This document shows, one piece after another, positions 33,987-46,963 of a DNA stretch of 64,000 nucleotides. Where the stretch lies: NCBI GenBank assembly GCA_963796965.1, contig CAWCNS010000002.1:224001-288000 (forward strand), given 5' to 3'. A program made the translations under genes and the position numbers. Each line of letters starts with the position of its first letter. The stretch's first letter is position 1. This DNA is from Calditrichia bacterium (GTDB taxonomy: Bacteria; Calditrichota; Calditrichia; JAJRVZ01). The notes beneath the pieces are model-generated. The model saw only the letters and a program-made list of their open reading frames with translations, was not told the origin of the DNA and made no database searches.

Positions 33987-34842
33987 TTATTTCCAGGATT
34001 CCATCATTTCCCACCTCTTTATGGCTTCAAGAAATGTATCGGCAATAAGATCTGCTTTTTTCTTTGTATACTCTTTTGCTTTGTCCACATCAAAATTTAA
34101 ATAGCCCATTCCCTCTTCTGGGTATCTCTGGGTTGCCCATGCCGGCATCATACCAAAACCAGCATCTGTACCAGCCTCTACCTACATTATCCTTGCCCAA
34201 TTTTTCATATAGTTCTTGATCAACCAGCCCAGGATCATATGATATATTGAGGGCTGCTTCCTCAAGATCGCCATGACCTGGTTTTTGTACCTTTGCACCA
34301 TATACTTCATTTGTAATATCAAATCCAATTTCCCACCATTCAGCAATCAGAAAATGCGCCTCTGTCTCAAGATGGACTCTGGTCATGGCCCTTCTGGAGG
34401 CTTTTGCATTACCACCATGGCCATCGATTATTAAAATGTTTCTGAATCCAGCCTGTACAAGTCCATTCAAAATATCGTACATCAATTCTTCAAAGATCTC
34501 TTCCCTTACTGTAATGGAACCTGGGAACTTCGATACACTTAAGCCTGTAAATCCATAGTTAACTGGTGGAGCAATAAAAGCGTTACACTTTTCCCAAATT
34601 AAATCTGCCAAATGAACCGGAATAATATTATCTGAGCCAATGGCCACAGGTCCATGGGACTCTACTGTGCCAATGGGTAAAATAACACGATCTGTTATTT
34701 CCGGTACATATTCGGCTAATCTCATCCATGCGTAATTCTGCATATGGGGATATTTAAGATCCTTTACTGTTTTTTGAGCAAAAGAAGGTCCGCAAGAATA
34801 TAAGCAGGCAATAGTAACGAAAATAATGTTTAAAGATTTCAT
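33987..34842 (-). CDS. Creatininase / mycofactocin-peptidase family protein with signal peptide (frameshift near 34170)
   Basis: LPIGTVESHG, DGHGGN, HGDLEE motifs; C-terminus continues in another frame to ...WEMMESWK*. Confidence 0.82.
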
Positions 34843-35110
34843 CTTTACTCTCCTCTTTTTGATAATACGGTTAGTGCAAAATACAGCCACTTTTTATTGA
34901 TACGAATGCTGGATGCTATATACGGGATATTTATTGAAATTCCAAAATCAAAATTCCAAAATCAAAAATTGAATCAAGTATCTAATATCCCCGATTTCAC
35001 CATTATCCGCCGAAAAAACATCGGGACTAAATCCTCCATGAATTAGCGAGTGTTCAGTGCTCTGGGCTCAAAAGTATCGAGAATGAAACTATTAATCAAT
35101 ATAAGAGAAT

Positions 35111-35180
35111 AAAAAAGCCCTTTCTATCATGGGAGATTGAAAGGACTTTTTAGATTGGTCAGTAAGGTCGGGCACCAGCA
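35111..35180 (-). ncRNA. Candidate ~70-nt small RNA or attenuator leader
   Basis: Lies between a sigma70-like promoter and an intrinsic terminator (AAAAAGTCCTTTC...GAAAGGGCTTTTTT). Confidence 0.4.
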
Positions 35181-35186
35181 GAAGAT

Positions 35187-35215
35187 AGAATAATCCCTAT
35201 AATTGAATCCGTCAA
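35187..35215 (-). promoter_or_regulatory. Sigma70-like promoter
   Basis: TTGACG-N17-TATTCT on the minus strand. Confidence 0.5.
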
Positions 35216-35328
35216 CTAAAACTTTGTCTTTTCCTTTCATATTAAAATTGTTATTTTGTAAACAGTTACGGTTGTATCTGAAATGCAAAATTCAGTTTTC
35301 ATAGCGAAAAAAAGAATGGGATTTCATT

Positions 35329-36767
35329 ATGCCGGTTAAGGAAAATCGTCAGTTAAAAAACAACCTGTCCCGGTCAGAAAGACTATATCGCCAAATCTGG
35401 GATATATCTGTTATGGCATGCGACTTACTGATGAGTCTGGAAAAATCTTAGCTGTCAATAATACCTTTTGTCATATGGTTCAAATGAAAGAAGAAGATTT
35501 GCTTGATCAATCCTTCTCAATTATATACAGAGAAGATGAACAAGCAGCAGCCTTCAAAATTTATAAAGACGATTTACAAAACAATGCATTAAAAACACAT
35601 TTTGAATCTGAAAGATTTTTATGGAATAATCAAAAGGTCAGGTTGGAATTTTCAAATTCCTTTATATTATAAATTAGAATAGAATTGTATTAATGACTCA
35701 GATTTCACAGAAAGAAAAAAAACTGAGCTGGCCCTGATTAAGAGTGAAAAGCGTTTTCGGGTACTTTTTAATAATGGTAATGATGCAGTCTTTGTAAATC
35801 ACCTAACAAAAGATGGTACATTTGATTATATTATCGAAGTTAACGATGTCAGCTTGTTTAAGGCTTGGGTATGCACGAGAAGAGATGGAACGTATGCGCT
35901 TACCACAGTTAATCCATGAGAGATATGAAGATGACCTTGAAAAAACACGAAAAAAATTACTCTCTGAACAGCATGCTGTATTTGAGGTAATGCAAATACG
36001 CAAGGATAGACGATTGATCCCAGTCGAGATTAATGCCCACCTCTTCGGATCTGGACGAATTCCGACAACATTTCCTTACCGGATATTCTGAGAGAAAACA
36101 GGTAACAAAATGTAACCATACAAGCACCCAACTTAGAAATCTGGCTTCCCGTCTGCTGAAACAATTCGTGAAGAAAGAACGAACTTTAATTTCTCGAGAG
36201 ATACATGATGAATTGGGGGCAGGTATTAATGGTTTTGAAAATTCAAGGTTTCTCTCTTCAGGTAAACTCAGAAAAGATCAGACAGATCTACAGGATACAA
36301 TAGCCTTTATACCAGCACCCTAGATTCTCAATTCTTTTAAACTGGCCAGAAAATAACCTCAAAACTGAGGCCGGGGATTCTGGATGAGCTTGGCTTAATC
36401 GCTGCCATCGAATGGCAGGCAGAAGAATTCGCTAAAAGGACAGGAATTAAATGTGATACCTCGATACCGAAGGCAGAGATATATTTGCCCCAGGAGAAAG
36501 CAACGGTAGTATTCAGAATATTGCAGGAGGCACTAACCAATGTCGCCCGATATGCCAGTGCGGATAAAATTTCAATTATTATCAAAGAAGATGATGAAAA
36601 GTTAATCATGGAAATTACCGACAATGGAGTAGGAATTCGTAAAAGCCAGATCGATGATCTGGATCTTCGAATTTTACATAAAAAAAGAGTTAGGTGAGGC
36701 GGGATGTAAAGATCCATGGTGTAGCGGATCAAGTACCCATGTCAACATGATCCTACCAGTACCATAA
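35329..36767 (+). CDS. PAS-PAS sensor histidine kinase, NarX/HisKA_3 type (many frameshifts)
   Basis: PAS fragments; SREIHDELG H-box; LRPGILDELGL; FRILQEALTNVAR; DNGVG. Confidence 0.8.
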
Positions 36768-36947
36768 AACAGAAGAATTACTATCTTGAATAGTGTCCCA
36801 GATCGGACACGCCTTAATAAAAATTTTGAACAGACGGAGAGTGATCTTTTCCCAATTGGAAATTTCAAAATAAACTAAAGATGCTGTGGCTGATAAGGTA
36901 AATCTCAAATGAATGAAGTTTATTTTTAATATAAAACACTATCTCAA

Positions 36948-37577
36948 ATGATTAAAATCCTTATAGCCGACGATCATGCCATTGTTCGTGAAGGTCTTAA
37001 ACAGATCGTAGCAGAAGAGGCTGACATACTTGTGGCCGGAGAAGCATCCAATACCCAGGTATTAATGGATAAATTAAAAGAAGATGAATTTGATATTTTA
37101 ATCCTTGATACAATAGCCGGAAAAGTGGTCTCGATGCCCTCAAAGATATAAAAACCGAATATCCTGATATTCCTGTTATGATTTTAAGTATGTATAGTGA
37201 AGAACAATATGGTTTAAGATCATTAAAAGGTGGTGCTGATGGCTTTCTTAAAAAAGTTAGTGCCCCTGAGGAATTGGTAATTGCTATTCGTAAACTCCAT
37301 GGTGGTCGCAAATACATCAGCCAGATCCTGGCAGAAAAAATGGCCGAGTCATTAGATGATCGATCGCATAAACTTCTCCATGAATCACTCTCCGACCGCG
37401 AGTATCAAATAATGTGTGATATTGCCAGCGGCAAATCTGCGGAATATATAGCAGGTGATCTTTCCATCAGCATTAATATGTCTATTTTACCGTAACCGAA
37501 TTTTTGAGAAGATGAGCCTGAAAAGTAATGTTGAACTAACGCAATACGTCCTGCAAAATCATTTGATTGATCTTTAA
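36948..37577 (+). CDS. NarL/UvrY family response regulator (frameshifted)
   Basis: ADDHAIVREGL receiver; LSDREYQI LuxR-type HTH; fragments 36948-37151 and 37178-37495, tail ending at 37577. Confidence 0.85.
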
Positions 37578-37837
37578 ATTTCTCACGACAACTCGTTACC
37601 TCAGAATATCTAATGCCCACCCTTCGGATTTGAAAACCTCTGGCCGTCCCTATTAAATAAAAAATTCTAATCACTCCCACAGGGATTGCATTGAGAAGAT
37701 ATTACCCTATCAAATGGCCCAGACAGGAAAATAACAGAATCCATAAGATTATCAGAAGGGAATGTTAAAGATTGCATATCTAGAATAAATGATTCCAGGT
37801 ATTTTCCCTCTTTTCTTCATTTCTTTCAAACATCGCT

Positions 37838-37856
37838 TGTAGTAATATTTACTACA
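37838..37856. promoter_or_regulatory. Palindromic operator candidate upstream of gdhA
   Basis: TGTAGTAA-TAT-TTACTACA with perfect 8-bp arms. Confidence 0.45.
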
Positions 37857-37964
37857 CCAAATTCACAAAATCTACCCTTTTAAAATAAATTACCTGATTG
37901 ATATATTAGTTTTAAAGATATCTATCAAATTTATCAAATACACGATAGTTATTGGAGGTATTGA

Positions 37965-39324
<1,360 letters not shown>

Positions 39325-39341
39325 ACAATATTTCCGAATTT

Positions 39342-39370
39342 GGGTGGCTATCCGGCCACCCTTTTTTATT
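39342..39370 (+). terminator. Intrinsic terminator after gdhA
   Basis: GGGTGGC-TATCCG-GCCACCC followed by a T-tract. Confidence 0.8.
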
Positions 39371-39537
39371 TCCTTTTAAATTTTCAATTCTTTAATTTGG
39401 ATTTCTTATCCTTGATAGTCTATACTGATAGCAGGGCAACTGTAAAAATCGACATATAAAATCTCGCAGCTGAACTTTTTGATCTACATTTATAAACAGG
39501 ATTCAGCATATGACTAAATTTCATATTCTATGGAATA

Positions 39538-39643
39538 AGATTCCGAATCAAGTTCGGAATGACTGAATTGCGAGAATTTCAGGACGGTGAGAAGGTCATC
39601 CTGAATCCTGACCTGGCTTCAGGACAGATTTATTGCAGGATCT
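39538..39643. repeat. Pair of 26-nt GTCAT...ATCT palindromic REP-like units, the second interrupted by a 23-nt insert
   Basis: AGATTCCGAATCAAGTTCGGAATGAC and GTCATCCTGAAT[23 nt]TTATTGCAGGATCT; a related GTCATCCTGAG unit lies at 28044. Confidence 0.65.
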
Positions 39644-39748
39644 TATAAAGCAGAGTATTTAATACTGTTTTTAGTTATTCTGCTTAATATTATACTTTCT
39701 TAGTAATTTCAATTGATATACGCACGTTTATTTTATATTATTTTCATC

Positions 39749-42700
39749 ATGACAAAATTAATCGATTATTCGCATAATTTATTAGATCCCCTCTGGATGG
39801 AACAGGTATATGGACGGCAGTTTCAGGGATTCCATAGCCTGATGCGCTTTCGTATCACAAATATTCTTCTTGTATCCAGCCTGTATGATCTTTACCTCTT
39901 CGAGGAAGATGGCCGTCTCTATGAATTGATTCGTCATGAATACCAGGATCTAAATTTGAGCCATTCTCCTGAAATAACCCGTGTTTCCGCCGGTCATGAG
40001 GCAATAAAACTTGCCAGGGCCGAAAAAAGATTTGATCTGATCATTACCACACAACATATAGAAGATATGCATGCGGCCAAATTGGCTGCAATGGTGAAGA
40101 AGTCAGATTTGAATATCCCTGTTGTGCTGCTCGCCTATGATAACCGGGAACTTTCTGAATTAATGTCTCACACGGACACCTCCGGCTTTGAAGAAATTTT
40201 TATCTGGACAGGAAATTTTCGTATTCTGATTGCGATCATAAAATACATTGAGGATCGGTTAAACGTGGAGCACGATTCCAAATTAGTTGGTGTTCAAACT
40301 ATAATCCTGATTGAGGACAATATTCGATTTTATTCCTCATTTCTACCCATTTTATATACAGAAATCTTAAAGCAATCCAGACGACTCATTTCAGAGGGAG
40401 TAAATCTTTCTCATAAATTTTTACGAATGCGCGCCAGACCTAAAATTTTATTATGTACAAATTATGAGGAAGCCTGGAATTATTTCAAGAAATATGAAAA
40501 AAATATTTTAGGCGTCATTTCTGATATAGATTTTAAGAAAGGAGGGAAACAGGATCCCTTGGCAGGTATAAAATTCGCAAGAAATGTCAGAGCCCGTCAT
40601 CGAGATATTTCCATACTACTTCAATCCAATAATCAAGACATGAAAGAAGAAGCGCTTAAACTTGGTGTATCCTTTGTTCTAAAAGATTCACCAACTTTAT
40701 TGCAGGATGTCCAAAAATTTACTGTCCATAATTTTGGATTTGGAGATTTTATTTTTCGCACAGAGTCGAAGGATGAAGTTGGTCGCGCAAATGATTTAAT
40801 CTCCCTTGAAAAGCAATTGGCTATCGTACCTTTGGAGAGTGTCAAATACCATGCTGAACAAAATCACTTCTCTAATTGGCTTAAAGCAAGAACTGAATTC
40901 TGGCTGGCACATCAATTAAGACCAAGGAAAGTATCCGATTTTAAAACTATCGAGGAACTGCGTCAAAATCTCATTGCTACCATGCGTGGTTATAGAAAAC
41001 TTCGCCAGCGTGGTATTATAACAGATTTCAGGAAAGAATACTTTTGATCAACAAAATGGCTTTGCCCGCATTGGTGGCGGATCATTGGGGGGAAAAGCCA
41101 GAGGCCTAAGGTTTGTTAATACCTTGATCAACAACTATCAAATTCAAGATAAATTTGAGGGTATAAATATCTATATACCTCCTACAGTAGTTTTAGGTAC
41201 CGATGTCTTTGAAGCGTTTATGGAAGAAAACAATTTATTGGATTTCGCTCTAAACGCTACAGATGATATTGAAATCACACAATTATTTCTACAGGCAAAG
41301 TATTTTCCTGAGGATGTTTTAGCCGATCTTGCCGCTTTTCTCGATTTAATAAAAGAGCCCCTGGCTGTGAGATCTTCCAGCTTGCTGGAGGATTCTCAAT
41401 ATCACCCCTTTGCAGGTGTTTATGAAACCTATTTTTTGCCCAATAAACATATAGATCCTATGATTCGTTTAAGTGAATTGTTGGATAGTATCAAACGGGT
41501 TTATGCCTCCACCTATTATCAAAGTGCGAAAACGTACATCAAAGTAACCTCCTATCGCCTGGAAGAAGAAAAAATGGCCATAATCATTCAAAAGATGATA
41601 GGAACTGCCCATCAGGATCGCTTTTATCCGGATTTTTCAGGTGTTGCAAAGTCATACAATTTCTACCCCATTCACCCCCAGAAATCATCAGATGGTACAG
41701 TTTCTGTGGCCCTTGGTTTAGGTAAAACCATTGTTGACGGGGGTAATACAGTCATTTTTTCACCCGAATTACCGAAGCATATTCCACAATTTTTCTCAGT
41801 TAAAGAAACAATGCGCAACAACCAACGTCATTTTTATGCCCTGGATCTAAAATCAGATCCACAAAACATCTTCGAAACTCATGATATTTTGCTGAAAGAA
41901 TATTCTCTGGAAGAAGCAGAAGAAGATGGTAGTTTATCCTATGTAGCCTCAACCTACTCACATGAAAACCATGTCATTTACGATGGAATGTCCAGATCTG
42001 GTCCACGGGTTGTAACCTTTGCTCCAATCCTAAAACACCAAATTATTCCGTTAGCAAAAATCCTGCAAACATTATTAGAATTGGGTAGTTGGGGTATGGG
42101 TACACCGGTAGAAATTGAGTTTGCTGTAAAAATGTCTACTAAATATAAAGATCCCAAAGAATTCGGTCTACTACAAATCAGACCATTAGTCCTTAACCGA
42201 GAGATTGAAGAGTTAAAGATTGAACACGAAGATACAGACCAACTACTCTGCTCAAGCCCCTGGGTTCTGGGACATGGTGTTGTAAATAAAATAAAGATAT
42301 TGTATTTGTGAATTATAATAAATATGATCGAAGCAAAAGTCGGTTAGTAGCACAAAGAAGTCAACAAATTTAATGCATTATTATTATCAGAGAGAATTCA
42401 ATATCTATTAATCGGTGTCGGTCGCTGGGGCAGCCTTGATCCATGGCTCGGGATTCCAGTTAAGTGGGATCAGATATCCGGTGCTAGAATGTATTGTCGA
42501 AACCAGCTTTAAGGATTTTATGGTTACCCCTTCTCAAGGTTCACATTTTTTCCAGAATCTCTCTTCATTCCAGGTAGGTTACTTTACTGTGAATTCGTTT
42601 AAGGAAGAGGGTTTTGTTGATTGGGACTGGCTCTTAAATCTCCAGCCAACAACTGAAATGACCTATACGAAACATGTTCGTCTGGATGTACCATTGATTG

Positions 42701-42762
42701 TCCGGATGAATGGTCATCAGAATAAGGGAATTATTATTAAACCAACAGATGGGAATAACTAG
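39749..42762 (+). CDS. Receiver-like + PEP/pyruvate-binding (PPDK_N) domain protein, PEP-synthase-like (frameshifts near 41045 and 42300-42490)
   Basis: GSLGGKARGL, PLAVRSSSLLEDS...FAGVY, EIEFAV, LLQIRP, SQGSHFFQN motifs. Confidence 0.85.
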
Positions 42763-42841
42763 GCAGTATATCAGATTTTCCTACTTCTCACTCTTCTCTT
42801 TTCACTTTTCTTCCGCACGCTCTACTCTCCACCACCTATAA

Positions 42842-43262
42842 TTAGGCTTCTCCAATGATTTGGATGTGTAATTGCCTCTCGCGGGGTCGGTTGTCAAAAT
42901 CTAAAAATACGACCTGTTGCCACGTTCCTAATACCAGTTGGCTATTCTCAAATGGGATTGTTATGGAAGGACCTATTAGCGAAGATCTGAGGTGGGCATA
43001 GCCATTGCCATCATGCCAGGTATTATCATGATGATAGTTGGCTTTCATTGGTGCCAGTTTCTCCATCAATTCCGGAAAATCCATTAATAATCCAGGCTCA
43101 TACTCAATCGTTGTTATTCCAGCCTGTGGCACCAGGGACGAATACAATCAAATGTCCGTCTTTCAAATCTGATTCATTTAAATTTTCTTTTAAATATGGG
43201 GTAATATCAATAATATCATTAAACCCCTTAGTTGAAACCTTAAGTTTTTTTTGAATGATCAA
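42842..43262 (-). CDS. yjbQ: YjbQ (UPF0047) family protein (frameshift near 43125)
   Basis: DIIDIT, YHHD..WHDGNGYAH, LGTWQQV.F.DFD motifs; TTG start. Confidence 0.85.
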
Positions 43263-43276
43263 GCCATTCTCTCCTG

Positions 43277-43753
43277 TCAATCTCCCAGAATAGAAGCTAA
43301 AATGATACCCAGGATGAGCCAGATTGGAATTGAAAATATTAAGGCCCAAATAACACCATTTGCCCACCGTAAACTTCTTCTTAATCCTCTTTTCTCTAAA
43401 GCCCGGTCAATTTTAATTTGTACTTCTTCTACCTGAAATGGCTTTGTTATATAATCATAGGCACCCTTTTTAATCGCTTCAACCGCAGTTTCAATAGTTG
43501 GATGTCCGGTGATCATAACGAAAGGAACATCTCCCTTCCTCGATTTTACCCGTTTTAATAATTCCATCCCATCCATTTCCGGCATGACCAGATCGGAGAC
43601 AACAACATCAACTTTATTTCTGTCGATTATTTTAACGGCTTCCTCACCATTTTTTGCAACTAATGGATTATATTCCAATTTTTTTAGAAGACGTTCTAAC
43701 ATACTCAGGACATCAGGATCATCATCAACAACGAGTACATTCCGTTTTTTCAT
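43277..43753 (-). CDS. Response regulator receiver domain with C-terminal transmembrane helix
   Basis: VVDDD, SDLVMPEMDG, ITG, YITKPF, then WALIFSIPIWLILGIILASIL. Confidence 0.85.
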   Translation of the reverse strand: MKKRNVLVVDDDPDVLSMLERLLKKLEYNPLVAKNGEEAVKIIDRNKVDVVVSDLVMPEMDGMELLKRVKSRKGDVPFVMITGHPTIETAVEAIKKGAYDYITKPFQVEEVQIKIDRALEKRGLRRSLRWANGVIWALIFSIPIWLILGIILASILGD

Positions 43754-44049
43754 TGTGGGCCCCCACTCTAATTTTATCTACTATCATAGAATAAGTTTAA
43801 GAAATATTGCTGTTAAATTCAGAAAGAATCGAATACAATTTCGTCAATTGATAATAAATTATATTTTTAAATTCATTGAATCAATATTAAATAATTAGGG
43901 ATATATCTTCAATTAGATTATCGTCTTCAAAAAAGATTTCTTTAAGATCTTCTAAAGTATAAAACGATAATACTTTACATCTTTGAAATTCTCTATTATA
44001 TTCTGCTCGAATAAATCAAACTGATACAATAAAGAGGAAGATAGACCAT

Positions 44050-44511
44050 ATGATTGAAAATATAAAGAATTTATTTTCAGAAAAGATGCAGCCCATAAAA
44101 GAAGAGATTCATCCTGACCAAAATAAAATTTCTATAGCAACCTGTGCCCTTTTATTGGAGATGGCTCATTCTGACTCAGAGTTTAGTGCCGAGGAAAAAC
44201 AACATATTTTGGAAATCCTGAAGAAAAATTTTGTTCTAGGGGAAAACGACGCAGAGGATCTTTTACTTTTAGCAGAACAGGAGAGGAAAGAAAGCCTTGA
44301 TCTCTGGCAATTCACAAATCTTATAAACGAAAATTATTCACGCGAAGACAAACTAAAAGTAGTCGATACCCTCTGGCAAGTTATTTTCACCGACGGAAAA
44401 ATTAATCAACATGAAGATTATTTAATCCGAAAATTAACCAATCTTTTAAATCTTCAGCATGAGGACATGATCGCTGCTAAATTAAAAACAAGAGAGCGTT
44501 TTGCTCAGTAG
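44050..44511 (+). CDS. TerB family (tellurite-resistance-like) protein
   Basis: ATCALLLEMAHSD..F..EE, LWQFT.LIN, DG.I..HE..LIRK motifs. Confidence 0.85.
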   Translation: MIENIKNLFSEKMQPIKEEIHPDQNKISIATCALLLEMAHSDSEFSAEEKQHILEILKKNFVLGENDAEDLLLLAEQERKESLDLWQFTNLINENYSREDKLKVVDTLWQVIFTDGKINQHEDYLIRKLTNLLNLQHEDMIAAKLKTRERFAQ

Positions 44512-44524
44512 AAACTAAGAATCG

Positions 44525-44573
44525 CCACCCTCTCTCTTCCCCTCCTTACTAAGGAGTGGGACTAGGGGGAGGT
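44525..44573. repeat. REP-like palindrome of CCCCTCCTT..AAGGAG.GG type
   Basis: ccaccctctctcttcccctccttactaaggagtgggactagggggaggt; single copy in the window. Confidence 0.45.
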
Positions 44574-44727
44574 TACTATAATTGTAATATGTGGTAAATG
44601 AAATTGTAGAGCGTATAGCGTCTGACTTAACATTATGCTCTCTGCACTCTGCGTCTTAATATAGGCGAAGAGAATGATATCTCTTTAACTGAGTAAAATA
44701 GCATAGAAAATATAAATGAGGTGAAAA

Positions 44728-45051
44728 ATGCTTGTAACAACAACACCTAATATCGAAGGCAAGAAAATTATTGCCTACAAGGGCTTGGTTAGCGGTGAGG
44801 CAATTTTAGGAGCCAACCTTTTTAAAGATCTTTTTGCCAGTATCACAGATGTAATAGGTGGCAGGTCTGGTTCATACGAAAAGGAATTGCGAAAAGCGAA
44901 GGATCTCGCGCTGGGTGAGATGAAGGAAGAAGCCAGCCGGTTAGGATGTAATGCCGTTATAGCAGTCGATTTGGATTATGAAACTATTGGCGGTGGCGGT
45001 GGAAACATGTTGATGGTTAGTGCCAGCGGTACGGCTGTGGTTATTGAATAG
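44728..45051 (+). CDS. ybjQ: YbjQ/UPF0145 family protein
   Basis: [36 protein letters not shown] motifs. Confidence 0.93.
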   Translation: MLVTTTPNIEGKKIIAYKGLVSGEAILGANLFKDLFASITDVIGGRSGSYEKELRKAKDLALGEMKEEASRLGCNAVIAVDLDYETIGGGGGNMLMVSASGTAVVIE

Positions 45052-45081
45052 TTATCCTTTACCTGTAGTTAAAAAAACTGT

Positions 45082-45651
45082 TTGAAATTTAAATCACTCA
45101 TTATGCTCATATTTGTACTCCTAATATCCACCACTGCAATTGCTTTACTGATCGCCATTTTGATCGGAAAAAGATGGTCTTCATGGTCAATACCATTATG
45201 GTTCGTAATCCTCTTGATACTTCTTTCAGTCCTCAGCATCATCTTTATTATCCAACAGACAGATGAGATATCGGCAGGCTTTTCCAGACAAAACTGGCCT
45301 TCTACTAATGCTGAGATTGTTGAAACAAATATCACCGGTGAGAGTGCTTACAGCCCTGAGATTACCTGTCAATACAAGATTGACGGTAAAGAATATGTGC
45401 TCAAGACAGATATGAAGACCCCGGGTTTTGGTAGAAAGAAATCTCGTCAACAAACCTCAAGAATTATTATCCGTGAATATTCTGTTGGATCAGAGGTCAC
45501 TGTCTTTTATAATCCTAATGATCCGCAGGAATCTTTTATACGCACCGGACCATACTGGAATAATTATTTGATACTAGCCACAGGAATGATTTTTTTATGC
45601 CTTGGAATAATTGTATCTTTAGGTTCTTTAATTAAACTAAAACAAGGATGA
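45082..45651 (+). CDS. DUF3592-like membrane protein
   Basis: TM helices; S..WPST.A.I, Y.IDGKEY, V.VFYNP.DP motifs. Confidence 0.75.
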   Translation: MKFKSLIMLIFVLLISTTAIALLIAILIGKRWSSWSIPLWFVILLILLSVLSIIFIIQQTDEISAGFSRQNWPSTNAEIVETNITGESAYSPEITCQYKIDGKEYVLKTDMKTPGFGRKKSRQQTSRIIIREYSVGSEVTVFYNPNDPQESFIRTGPYWNNYLILATGMIFLCLGIIVSLGSLIKLKQG

Positions 45652-45808
45652 TGATTACAAAAACAAGATTATAATTGATAAGGATATTCATCCAACATCA
45701 ACAGAATAATAGACGATATTAATAAGGTAAAGATTGTTCCGACAAAAGAGTGACTTCCTGTAAACTTGTCGGTATTAATTCTTCCAGAATTTAAAAAGGG
45801 GTATTGTT

Positions 45809-46399
45809 ATGTATAGAATGGTTTTAATATTTTCAGCATATATTGCTTTCTCATTTATATTGGGTGGATGTGGTAAGAGTGAAGAATCAAGCAAACCTGA
45901 ACTTCAGTCCGGACATGGAGAGAAAATCAGTTCTGGAGAACTAACTTATACACCAGCGGCAGAGTGGATAAAAGAAAAACCTCGCAGTTCAATGCGTAAA
46001 GCCCAGTACAAATTCCCGGGTGTAGGACAATCCGGAGATGCTGAAATGGCTGTATTTGTATTTCCTGGTAGTGGAGGCGGTGTGCAAGCTAATATTGATC
46101 GTTGGATAGGACAGTTTAAACAGCCTGATGGTAGCAGTTCTGCTGATAAGGCTGAAATAAAAAATTCGACAAGTAATGGATTACCGGTCACCCTCATCTA
46201 TGTAACCGGCACACATTTGAGTGGATCAATGGGTGGGCCCATGGGGGGCAATACCCAAGAGCTTCCCGGTTTCGCCATGCTGGCTGCTATCGTAGAGACA
46301 TCAAGTGATCCCTGGTTTTTTAAGGCTATTGGCCCGCAAGCCACAATTGATCACTGGCGCCCAGCCTTTGAATCTTTTGCCAAGACATTCAAACAATAA
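45809..46399 (+). CDS. Hypothetical lipoprotein
   Basis: LGGC lipobox; GG.V.ANIDRW.GQF and WFFK.IGP motifs. Confidence 0.7.
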   Translation: MYRMVLIFSAYIAFSFILGGCGKSEESSKPELQSGHGEKISSGELTYTPAAEWIKEKPRSSMRKAQYKFPGVGQSGDAEMAVFVFPGSGGGVQANIDRWIGQFKQPDGSSSADKAEIKNSTSNGLPVTLIYVTGTHLSGSMGGPMGGNTQELPGFAMLAAIVETSSDPWFFKAIGPQATIDHWRPAFESFAKTFKQ

Positions 46400-46406
46400 C
46401 AGATAT

Positions 46407-46901
46407 ATGAAGTTGGCAACCCTCTGTTATCTTAAACGTGATAATAAAACACTGATGCTTCATCGGGTTAAAAGAAAGAATGATATTCATCAGGATAAAT
46501 GGAATGGATTAGGTGGAAAATTTCTTCCCGGAGAGTCTCCGGAAGAATGTGTAATAAGAGAAGTCGAAGAAGAAAGTGGCTATAAAATTAAAAAGCCCGT
46601 TCTAAAGGGGGTATTAACCTTTCCTGAGTTCAGTGCTGGTGAGGATTGGTACGTTTTTGTCTATATCTCCCATGATTTTAATGGGAATCAGATTGATTCA
46701 AATGAAGGCAATCTTTCATGGATTGATGACGAAAAGTTACTTCAATTGCCCCTTTGGGAAGGAGATAAATATTTTCTGAAATGGATAACGAGAGATGTTT
46801 TCTTTTCAGGAAAGTTTTATTATCGGGATGGTGCTCTAATTGACCATAATATGGTTGTCCATCACTGTCCAGATGAATCTTTGTATAGGAAGAGAAAATA
46901 A
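46407..46901 (+). CDS. Nudix hydrolase, MutX/MTH1-like oxidised purine (d)NTP diphosphatase
   Basis: LATLCY, KWNGLGGK..PGESPEEC..REV.EESG Nudix box, EG.L.W, LPLWEGD; ATG at 46407. Confidence 0.88.
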   Translation: MKLATLCYLKRDNKTLMLHRVKRKNDIHQDKWNGLGGKFLPGESPEECVIREVEEESGYKIKKPVLKGVLTFPEFSAGEDWYVFVYISHDFNGNQIDSNEGNLSWIDDEKLLQLPLWEGDKYFLKWITRDVFFSGKFYYRDGALIDHNMVVHHCPDESLYRKRK

Positions 46902-46963
46902 CATCTAATATTCGACTATAGATGGCACCCTGGCTCAAGGGGGCAAAAAAGCACCGGACGAGA

